NCBI RefSeq assembly: GCF_036588685.1
Contig: NC_086375.1
Coordinates: 62,310,001-62,374,000, forward strand
DNA from: Mytilus trossulus
Lineage: Eukaryota
Reading direction: 5' to 3'
DNA: 64,000 bases
The notes under the pieces were generated by a model, which made no database searches, was not told the origin of the DNA, and saw only the letters and a list, made by a program, of their open reading frames with translations. A program made the translations under genes and the position numbers. This document shows, one piece after another, positions 54,901 through 64,000 of the stretch; position 1 is the first letter of the stretch, and each line of letters starts with the position of its first letter.

Positions 54901-57900
54901 CCTAGGAGGGTTTTATACAAACATAATCAACTTTAACAGTTACTATTCAAACAGGTAGTCTACTTTAACAGTGTTTATTTGTTTTCAAGGGGGTTCGTAA
55001 CAACCCTCAAGTCCCCCTGGCTATTGGTGTGTAAAATGGATTTGTATTCTGAACAATTTGTTTTAGTGAAAGATATACATGTTTAAAACTTTAAGAACAG
55101 TGAGATAAAAAGTATAATTATTATATTAAGTTCCATAAATAGTTCTTTTAAAGTTTCATTGAAACAAATATTAGAATAAACAGCTGCGCCATGATCGCAT
55201 GGTACGCCCGATATCTTATGTGGAAGTTATATGCAATAATAATAAATAGTTTCTGAGAAAGTTTTAAGCTATAACCATATATAGTTTTTGAGACACGGCG
55301 GGAAACCCCCCACCCTGGTTTTTTTTTTTACAAAAAACTAAATATCACTAAAATAAAATTTTGAATCAAAACCAAAAAGTATACAGATCTTTAGATTAAT
55401 ATAACAAAGAAGTGTGTAAAGTTTTAAGCAATAATCATAAATTATTTTTGAGATACGGCGCGACATGTAAAAAAAAACTCCCCTGTTTAACAAAATACTC
55501 AATAACTCAAAAATAAAATTTTGAATCATCACCAAAAAGTATACAGATCTTTAGATCAATATAACAAAGAAGTGTGTAAAGTTTTAAGCAATAATCATAA
55601 ATTGTTATAGAGATATGGCACAACATGTAAAAAAAAAACCTCCCCCTTTTTTACAAAATACTCAATCACTCAAAAACGAAATTTTGAATCATCATCAAAA
55701 AGTATACAGATCTTAAGATTAATATAACAAAGACATGTGTAAAGTTTGTAGCAATAATCATAAATCGATTTTGAGATATGGCGCGACATGTAAAAAAAAC
55801 CTCCCCCTTTTTTACAAAATACTCAATAACTCAAAAATGAAATTCTGAATCATCACCAAAAAGTATACAGATATTAAGATTAATATGACTAAGAAGTGTT
55901 TAAAGTTTTAAGCCATAATCAAAAATCGTTTTTGAGATACAGTGCGACATGTGAAAAAAACACACCCCTGTTTTAGTTACAAAGTGCCGTAAATCAAAAA
56001 GTTTAAATCTAATTTTCATCAAAAAGTATACAGATCATTTGACCATCATAAGAAACAACTATATCAAGTTTCAAGAAATTTGGATAAGTCGTTCTCAAGT
56101 TACGGTGCGACATGTTTATGCCGGACAGACGGACAGACAGACGGACGGACGGACACCGGACGGACACCGGAGATGTGTATACCATAATACGTCCTGTCAA
56201 AATTTTGAGGGGCTTATAAAAACTATTTACAATTTAAAACTCACATAACAAAATTGAAACCAAGTAACAAGACTAGTTGACCCCGATAACAAAATTAAAC
56301 CTAGTTATTATAAGTCTAGTTAGCTCACATAACAAAATTGAAACCAAAAATAAATACAATGTAAGTCTAGTTAACTATTGAATTTTGCAATCAGTATATC
56401 AATGCTGATCAAGATATCAATACATGTACTATCTACATTGATAAAATTTTACATTTATTTTAACATATCACAGGGTTTGTTATTTCTTTTAAAATATCTT
56501 ACCTTAAACAATGGAGCCAATACTGATGAACCAGCATCACCATACTCAAATGCATTTAATAATTGTGGAAGGATTTTATTCTTACAGAATGATGGAGGGA
56601 ATGAATCTAATGACGGAGTTAATTTACTAAAAAAGTTTGTTTTCTCTGTCTTTTCTTTAATCTGCAAGAAAAAACAGACACCATTTATCAGCAAACATAT
56701 GACGTCCATTATCACTGTACTAGTATATATATTTTTTTGGGACCAGTTGAAGTACACCTACAGGTGCGGGAATTCTTGCTACATTGAAGACCCATTGTGG
56801 CCTGTGGCTGTTGTCTGCTTATAGTCAGGTTGTTGTCGCTTTGACACATTCCCCATTTTCTTTCTCAATTCTATGTTTATGAATGTAAAAATACCAAGAT
56901 ATTTATTTGTTTCATAAAGTTGAACTTATTATCGTCGTTAAAGAAAGAGACTTTATATCAAGCAATGTGTAATTCTTATTAAATAAACTAATTTCTCTTA
57001 CAGTTGAAAATGATTTTTGTGTAAAACAGAAAATCCTGGAAAAATTATTCTTGTTTGTAGAACTACACAGATTGACACCATCAGTCCCTTCCAGCTTCAT
57101 ACATAAACATTTTCAAACCTTTTGAACACTTCAGAAAATAATCATAATTGATTAAAATAGTATTTCAGGTGAACATGTGAGTGTTTTGTATATTATGGAA
57201 AAAATCACAAATCTCTAATGCCAAAGGGCAACAGCAGTTTGTTGTGACCCTTTGAAAGTCATCATTGACCTAATGAATTGCTAAAGGAAATGTCATATTT
57301 CATAACACATTGTTGGAATACAAACATACCTGGATTTCTTCTAAAAACAACATGGTATCGACAAATGAATTATGCATTACTCCTTTGGTACTTCTACACA
57401 CTTCTATAAGTTTGGCTGGATTTGGTCTTGTGTTAGGATTAGCACTTACAAGTTCACAATAGTTGGGAACTAGAGATTTTGGAATCTGAAACATAATAGT
57501 TCAATTTTGATTATAATTATGAAACAAACCTATAAGATATGGAGAATAATGTTGTATTTTGTAAATAATCTTGGTTTCCACTTTAAAAAATCAAGTCTTG
57601 TTTGAAATGTGTAAATTTTCCAAAACTGTTTTCTAAAAACCCATCCCTTCCTGAAATTTCAATTGTCTAGATGAAAATCTTAATGTAGTGTTATGTCTGG
57701 AATAAATAAGAAGACTACTTTGATATGATAAAAACTATTTAAGTTCTTGCATGTGTTCTATACCTTAGGTTTCATAAACTATCTGAAAATTAATCAAAAT
57801 ATATGAATTTTACACAAAAAACATTTGAAGAGATTCCTGTGAAGTGGCCTTTACTTTTTTGGCACAATGAAATGATAAAATGTTTGCTGTTTGTTGTTAC

Positions 57901-60900
57901 AATAATATCACATGATTAACCTCATCACATGCTAAAATACATGTAACTAACATAACAAGGTACTGTCTATCACTGTACTTACAAACATGGGAAAACACTG
58001 AACTTAAATATTATGTTATCTTTTTCCCCCTTGCATTTGATTTTCAAAACTGACATTTTTACTTGTCGCAGAACTAGATATCATTGAGATGGAAGCCATC
58101 TCTGTGGGCCCCGCTGTCAATAATGTGGGGTAAATAAGTGTGTAAATGAGTGTAAATACTCATGTGTGATTTCAATCTAAGATTTTAAGTTAAAACTGAT
58201 AATTATTCTCATCTTACTTTCATAGTATAATAGTGATATGACTGCATGATGTGAACTAATTGTTGACTTCTCTAAGGTGACTTCTGGATATATGGATTGA
58301 TGTTTGAACAATATGTTTAAAGGTGCTGCCCAATTGATATTTGTCACATATTTTTAGAATTATGCCTTCAATATATTATGACCCACCAAGTATAAAGTAT
58401 GAAATATTAACGGTTCTCGAGAGGTAGAGCGGACACAATTTGTTAAGAACAACGAACGGATGGACAGACAGACAGACTGACCTTAGACCTAGGATGCATA
58501 CATTATGACACATTCTCTGGTGTTGGTTTATATATATGTTAAGTTGAAAATGTTTGTCAGGTATAAAGTATGACATAATAACAGCTGTCCTCTCAAAATA
58601 TAGTGTGGATCAAATTTGTTAGCAATGGACAGACCAACAGACAGACAGACCTTTGACCTAGGAAGTGGTACATACATCATGACACACCCTCTGGTGTTGG
58701 TTAAAATGGATGTCAAGTATAATATTTGAAATCATAATGGTTCTCAAGATATAGAGCAGACACAATCTTCACCACAGGACACAGGATTGTCAACTGAAAC
58801 CAAAGTTTTTTTGACATTGACCTTTGACCTAAGAAGTTGTACATACATCATGACACGCCCTCTTGTGGTGGTTAAAATAGATGTCAAGTATAAACTTTGA
58901 AATCATAACGGTTATCTAGATATAGAGCGGACACAATCCCACAGGACACGGGGTTGTCAACTCTAAACCAAAGTTTTTGACCTTGACCTTTGACCTAGGA
59001 AATTGTACATACATCATGACACACCCTCTGGTATTGGTTAAAATGGATGTCAAGTATAATATTTGAAATCATAATGGTTCTAAATATTTAGAGCGGACAC
59101 AATCTTCACCACAGGACACAGGATTGTCAACTGAAACCAAAGTTTTTTTTAAGTTGACCTTTGACCTAGGAAGATGTACATACATCATGACACGCCCTCT
59201 GGTGGTGGTTAAAATGGATGTCAAGTATAAACTTTGAAATCATAACGGTTATCTAGATATGGAGCGTACACAATCCCACAGGACACAGGGTTGTCAACTC
59301 TAAACCAAAGTTTTTGACCTTGACCTTTGACCTAGGAAGTTGTACATACATCATGACACGCCCTCTGGTGGTTGTTAAAATGGATGTCAAGTATAAACTT
59401 TGAAATCAGAATGGTTATCTAGATATGGAGCGGACACGATCTTCACCACAGGACACGGGGTTGTCAACTAAAACCAAAGTTTTTGACCTTGACCTTTGAC
59501 CTAGAAAGTTGTACATACAACATGACACACCCTCTGATGTTGGTTGATAATCATATTAAGTATTAAGTATGAAATCATAATGGTTCTCTAGATATGGAGC
59601 GGACACGAAAGTGTTACGGACGGACGGACAGACGGAACGACGGACGGACGGACGGACAGACTGATCACTATAGGGCGACCCGACTTTTAGTCGGGGCCCT
59701 AATTACACTGTAGATAGAACTTTGTATTTAAGTAATGGAAACCAATTTGAGTTTTAGTTATTTTTTAAAATAAATGTACATGTTTGTTAGTCATTTGTCA
59801 GATGGGGAGACATTGAGCACCCAAGACTACAACAGGGCCAAGATAAATGAATGCACTCCATATGAAGTAAAGAGACCGCAATAAAGACAAAATCTGACCT
59901 CTAATAATATATCATAATGATACAATGGAGTGCTACGGGAGAAAAATAATGTACTTACTTTGCCAAATGCTTTTAATGATGAAGTTTGTGGTAAAGGTCC
60001 ATTGAATACTTCCCATATCAAACAACCTACTCCCCACATGTCTGATGACCTACAATATAAACATATTACAACTTACAAGTTGAGTTTATTTACCTTTCAT
60101 GGACAAGTAATGTTTTAAAATCTATTATGTGTCTAATACCTTTGACTCAACTTCAAAGCTACAGTAGAATGAATAAGAATCACCATGTTTGTAAATAACA
60201 TTCATAAAAACATGAACAAACTTCCAAATCATCAAATAATTCTCAAAAAAATCTTCATCCCATTTCCCCCCATTTTTTTTACATATCTGTTTTTAATTAT
60301 GCACAAAATAGCTGATGTTAGCTGTGTATCCAAAGTTTTAACATATATTAAAGGTAAAATTCAATCAAATTTAAAATAATTTGGAAAAGTAGGGTATTTT
60401 CCTATTCATACGCCTTTTAAATTAATCAAACTACTAGTATTTAATACTCTACTTCAATTTATCATTTGCTTCCTAAATTTGAAAATTTGACATTTCAATT
60501 CAATTCAAATTAGATACTGTTAATTCAGAATTTATTGTGAAAAATGTGACAGGGTTAAATCACAATAATTAAACTTGCATATTAAATTTTTTATATGAAT
60601 TAAACAGGATCTTTTTTCAATATAGCAAAATTTTAAATCTCATTTTTAGTCTAAAACAACAAAATTGCAATAATAAATGCATGCAATAATTTCTGAATTT
60701 ACAGTACATTGTTACAATCTATAGTCTTTAATTAGGGAAAATACCATTTTTTAGCCATCATTCCTTTCCTTAGATCTACTTTTTCAGGAGGATCATATTT
60801 TTCTAACATGGGCAAGATCTTGACCGGTGGTGTACTGTCCTGACCAGATGCTGGATACATATAATCCACACCACCCAGCTTCCACTCACCAGCTGAATCC

Positions 60901-62157
60901 ACAAATATGGAGGATATACATACATTGTTGTGGATTAAATTACAATCATTGATCAGAAATGACAGTCCTTTCTGAAAAATAAAATATAACTAGGTTAATA
61001 TTTCTCCTACTCTGTTTCTATAGCCAGGTTTGATTATATTTCTTTTATAAAATCCCTTTCTATTCTTTCAAAGTTTTTCTTAAGTTTAAATTCCTTATGT
61101 TTTATGTTTCTCTTCATCCTGGACTAATTTTGCTTAATGCAAGTGAAGACTGTGCTGCCGATTGTTTAAAATATCTTTAAAACTTTGGTTAATTCATCAA
61201 ATAATAACTATTTTTGTTAAATATCCTGTCAAGAGAATTATCTCCTTTTAACATTGCATTTTTCATCAGCAAGCTATTTTGATTTCCCATGAATGCCTAT
61301 GAATAAGCCAGCTTGCTGACCAAGTGTGAAAAAAACCCATTTAATGGTATATTTTGTTGAATTTAAAAAATTAAATAAATGATGTTTCAGGATAGTAACA
61401 AATGTACAATTGCTAAAATTACCCACCACAACCTGGTGTAAACCCCAAGAAATAGCCAATTCATTTGTTGACCCTTCACTGGAACATTCTCTAATATAGG
61501 TTTCTAATGGTGTCACAGGTTCTGTAGCAAAGTAAATTACTTTGTCTGTCTGTAAAAAAGATAAGTTAAAGATAAATGGATGCAAAGTTTTCTGTCTCAA
61601 TTTATTACACATAATAACATCATAAACATGGAACATACAAAGAAATGTACATGTACTTGAAAAAAAAGAAATAGGTTCGGATCATAAACATGACAAGAAA
61701 AAATGTATTGTGTTTGTTTTAATACAGCATTACATGAGTTGCATACCTTGTACATTGTAGATTGTGTTAATAAGCAAAATTATTTTTCGATGAAGTAAAT
61801 AATGTTTCAAATTATACAAATACTTCAATCATAAAATATTTTAATACCTTTATTTTGATATTCTGCATAAAATAATAAAAATTTCCCAATTACAAAATAA
61901 GAGAATTTTCTACTGATTTTGAAATCTAAACCTTAACTGTACATTTATGTTCTGTGTCTGGTACATGTATAGTGTTTATTCTCTTATCAAATGTCAGATT
62001 TGTTGTATGTATGTGTACAGAGTCTGGTATTATAATTCACATTGTCTTTATCAAATCATAGACTATCAACATTTACCTCAATTCCATCCAGAAATGTTAA
62101 AATGTTTGGATGTCTCAGTGTCTTTATTCTTTTTAAGGAAGCTTTAGCAATTTGAAC
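45813..62157 (-). CDS. SCYL1: SCY1-like protein 1 (N-terminal kinase-like pseudokinase with HEAT repeats); spliced, 18 exons in window, 5' end outside window
   Basis: Manual splicing of 18 GT-AG exons with compatible phases gives 2556 nt (851 aa + TGA). Segments match SCYL1 as I recall it: [124 protein letters not shown]. Confidence 0.96.
46158..46313. mobile_element. MITE, related TIR, in the last SCYL1 intron
   Basis: cagaggcggattta…tggatccgccactg; TSD tatgg/tatgg. A truncated, near-identical copy lies at 35178-35301. Confidence 0.85.
46507..46834 (-). CDS. SCYL1: SCYL1 exon (KKPTNILK…[15 protein letters not shown]…[12 protein letters not shown])
   Basis: 328 nt inside ORF 46496..46933, gtgag donor. 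Acceptor uncertain: other in-frame AGs would start the exon at 46828 or 46810. Confidence 0.8.
47229..47408 (-). CDS. SCYL1: SCYL1 exon ([15 protein letters not shown]…[14 protein letters not shown])
   Basis: 180 nt, cag acceptor and gtaagt donor, in frame. Confidence 0.82.
48364..48504 (-). CDS. SCYL1: SCYL1 exon (ASPVSSPT…[25 protein letters not shown])
   Basis: 141 nt, phase 0/0; contains WGSLE. Confidence 0.85.
48974..49140 (-). CDS. SCYL1: SCYL1 exon, low-complexity tail (…[15 protein letters not shown])
   Basis: 167 nt, phase 1/0, AG/GT flanked. Confidence 0.87.
49298..49717 (+). mobile_element. 5'-truncated SINE (Deu/Nin-like core) with 13-bp TSD
   Basis: TSD tattaaagagggt at 49285-49297 and 49718-49730; core ggggacgttaaatccg…gcacgttaagaaccc; tail ctggacgttaagcaaccaacaatcaa. 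Confidence 0.8.
50112..50237 (-). CDS. SCYL1: SCYL1 exon ([35 protein letters not shown]...)
   Basis: 126 nt, phase 1/1. Confidence 0.92.
50402..50680. repeat. 44-bp intronic minisatellite, about 6 copies
   Basis: Unit tttgttttgtagcatagttttatgtttaaagtcatcatatttga. Confidence 0.95.
51031..51106 (-). CDS. SCYL1: SCYL1 exon ([25 protein letters not shown])
   Basis: 76 nt, phase 0/1. Confidence 0.92.
51583..51771 (-). CDS. SCYL1: SCYL1 exon ([18 protein letters not shown]...[11 protein letters not shown])
   Basis: 189 nt, AG/GT flanked. Confidence 0.93.
51832..53092 (+). mobile_element. HINE-like element with 2 x about 502-bp repeats, 3' end truncated
   Basis: Start aactagaggctctcaagagcctgtgtcgctcacc; repeat offsets 52069 and 52571; gacgacgacggacg microsatellite at the end. 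Confidence 0.75.
53345..53407 (-). CDS. SCYL1: SCYL1 exon ([21 protein letters not shown])
   Basis: 63 nt, AG/GT flanked. Confidence 0.93.
53796..53888 (-). CDS. SCYL1: SCYL1 exon ([31 protein letters not shown])
   Basis: 93 nt, AG/GT flanked. Confidence 0.93.
54217..54330 (-). CDS. SCYL1: SCYL1 exon ([38 protein letters not shown])
   Basis: 114 nt, AG/GT flanked. Confidence 0.93.
54720..54827 (-). CDS. SCYL1: SCYL1 exon ([36 protein letters not shown])
   Basis: 108 nt, AG/GT flanked. Confidence 0.93.
55178..56223 (+). mobile_element. HINE-like element with about 5.5 x 161-bp repeats
   Basis: 5' box gctgcgccatgatcgcatggtacgccc; periods 160-163; (ggac/agac)n; 3' box tataccataatacgtcc. Confidence 0.8.
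56503..56661 (-). CDS. SCYL1: SCYL1 exon (IKEKTEK...[23 protein letters not shown])
   Basis: 159 nt, AG/GT flanked. Confidence 0.93.
56735..56870 (+). mobile_element. Interspersed repeat fragment
   Basis: ttgaagaccca…ttgacacattcccc; reverse-complement relative at about 8125-8220. Confidence 0.6.
57330..57485 (-). CDS. SCYL1: SCYL1 exon ([13 protein letters not shown]...MLFLEEIQ)
   Basis: 156 nt, AG/GT flanked. Confidence 0.93.
58380..59703 (+). mobile_element. HINE-like element with 166/171-bp repeats
   Basis: Repeat anchor ctttgacct at 58651, 58822, 58988, 59159, 59325, 59494; (ggac)n; 3' hairpin ccgact-ttt-agtcgg. Confidence 0.8.
59959..60049 (-). CDS. SCYL1: SCYL1 exon ([30 protein letters not shown])
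   Basis: 91 nt, phase 2/0, gtaagt donor. Confidence 0.93.
60745..60971 (-). CDS. SCYL1: SCYL1 exon ([18 protein letters not shown]...GEWKLGG...YDPPE)
   Basis: 227 nt, AG/GT flanked; HNN and LGG stand in place of the kinase HRD and DFG motifs. Confidence 0.93.
61427..61549 (-). CDS. SCYL1: SCYL1 exon ([15 protein letters not shown]...ISWGLHQVV)
   Basis: 123 nt, AG/GT flanked, inside ORF 61274..61636. Confidence 0.92.
62077..62157 (-). CDS. SCYL1: SCYL1 exon ([27 protein letters not shown])
   Basis: 81 nt, AG/GT flanked, phase 0/0. Confidence 0.93.
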
Positions 62158-64000
62158 CTGAAAAATAAAATAAAATATAATTTCTATCCTTTATACATTT
62201 ACTTCATCAAGTTATGGGCTTCCTACTTGGAATCTTACTCACTAACTCTAATGTTAAACCCTAACATCAATCCTTATGTGATCCTAAACCCTAACCCTAG
62301 TCTAGGATGCTATATTACCATTGGGCACAGTGAATGGCATTATACTGCTATTTGAACATTAACCTTATCCTTTGATGCTAGTTAACCATTGGACACATCA
62401 TATGACATAAGACCATTACATTTACTGTGTGTCAGAGAACCATAGATACACAGTATAAGGCCTTATATTGTTCTTTGTCAAATCCTAGCAATGGTGACAG
62501 ATTGATCATACACTAGTGTTGGTGTGTAGATGTGTCAATATGTTGATCATGTTGATGTGTCAATATGGCACTGTGTCAAAGTGACAATGTGTGGCTGTGT
62601 TCAGATAAGCCTGTAAATGTAATGTGTCACCAAGGTTCCTCCAGAGCACTGTTAGATAAGGGGGAGCTAACTCTTTTGTGCTGGAACCAAGGGACAGGGG
62701 GTCAGTCTATTGCTAGACTTAATGTTCTGATAGGCATAGCTAAAACGCAAGGAAGGTTTTCATAATTTAATTACTGTAACAATTTAAACGAATGATGATA
62801 ACAAATCAATTAGTAAACAATTCCAAATAATAATAATAATCTAATTAAAGTACAAAGTATCAAAACTAAATATCAAATCCAAAGTAAAGTTATTTCTCCT
62901 TAAAATGTAAGATATAAACTAAATGCCAAAATTACTAAATCATAAAATATACTTAATCTCAAATTCAAAAATGCAAAGTCTCAAAATAAAAGCTTCTCAA
63001 AAGTATTTTCTAATTTAAATAATGAGTCAAGAGATAAATTTTGTCTCACACTACACAGTCAACTGGTAGACTGGTGGACAGTCTTATAGGGCCAGTATAA
63101 TGAAGTGAGTAGTGTGAGGTTACGCTTCCGAAACACTGACTGTTTAAATATTCACTAAAAATAAATGTGAGTCAAATACATTTTTGTCTAAACACTACAA
63201 AGTCAACTGGGAGACTGATCGACAGTCCTATAGACCCAGTATAATAGACTTAAGCAGTGCAAGGTTAGGTTTCCGAAAGGTGACTAAATTTCCTAAATTT
63301 CACAACGCTATTTATACTAAAAGACAGATTAACTCAACATGACATGAGATGTTAATATTACTCTCATTAGTAAAAACAGAATTCAATTAACAAAGCCTAA
63401 TCCTATAATGTTTTGATAAAACTTTGATAAAAAACATAAACTTTCCAAGTGACATATGCTAATTACAATTAGTCTTTCAAAATTAAGTGCTTTGAGCAAA
63501 CTGTGACATTTCGAGTACTAATGCCACAGCATAGGTAAAATTAATTAAACAGATTAATTAAAAAACTTTTACAAAATACAAACATTAAATTTTCTTTCAT
63601 ACAATAAAACATATTTTTATCCAAAATAACACTAACACAAATTTAAGCCAAATAACACACCATGACAAATGCCTTTCCACTCATTAATAATCTGCTGATG
63701 AGAACTGTATTTCCTTTCTTCTCTAGCTAATCTGTTCATTGTCAAATCATATAAATCTTAATCAAATCAATGTTTGTTTATAAACTGCTACTTTATCTCA
63801 GTTGTTCCTGTGGCATAGTCTCCTGAACATTGGCATGTTTTATTACATTGTTCTTGTTTTTGGGAAAGGTTAACTTAACTTTCTAGTAGTAAGGTCCATC
63901 ACGGCCAGAAACTGGATAGGCATATGCTCAGAACCTCAGATAGACAAATGCTCACATTAATTCTGTACCAATACAATGTGTTAAATGCCTTCCTTTTTAC

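Noticed and set aside
56378-56824. 148-aa plus-strand ORF
   Set aside because: Antisense shadow of a SCYL1 exon plus repeat sequence.
63660-64000. First exons of SCYL1
   Set aside because: No frame resembles the SCYL1 N-terminus; those exons must lie beyond the window.

Overview
AT-rich eukaryotic DNA, not prokaryotic. The repeat families resemble those of bivalve molluscs (Mytilus-like; this is recognition, not a database match). The right third (45.8-62.2 kb) holds a minus-strand, multi-exon SCYL1 (SCY1-like N-terminal kinase-like pseudokinase) gene. I assembled 18 GT-AG exons into an unbroken frame of about 851 aa; the first exon(s) lie beyond the window end. In and just after this gene are four satellite-carrying non-autonomous Helentron/HINE-like elements, a SINE with a 13-bp target site duplication (TSD), and several MITEs. 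The 29-43 kb region is a cluster of tandem arrays (33-bp, 29-bp and 73-bp units). A truncated, internally rearranged BEL/Pao LTR retrotransposon sits inside the 73-bp array, and a decayed CR1/L2-type LINE lies between arrays. The left 29 kb is mostly repeat-derived. It includes a palindrome of two tRNA-derived SINE heads and a weak candidate for a small propeptide-like gene at 14.3-14.8 kb. I found no CRISPR array, rRNA or intact tRNA, and nothing I can confidently call a new biological system. The best leads are the shared-end, different-cargo satellite elements, the rearranged BEL insertion and the propeptide candidate.
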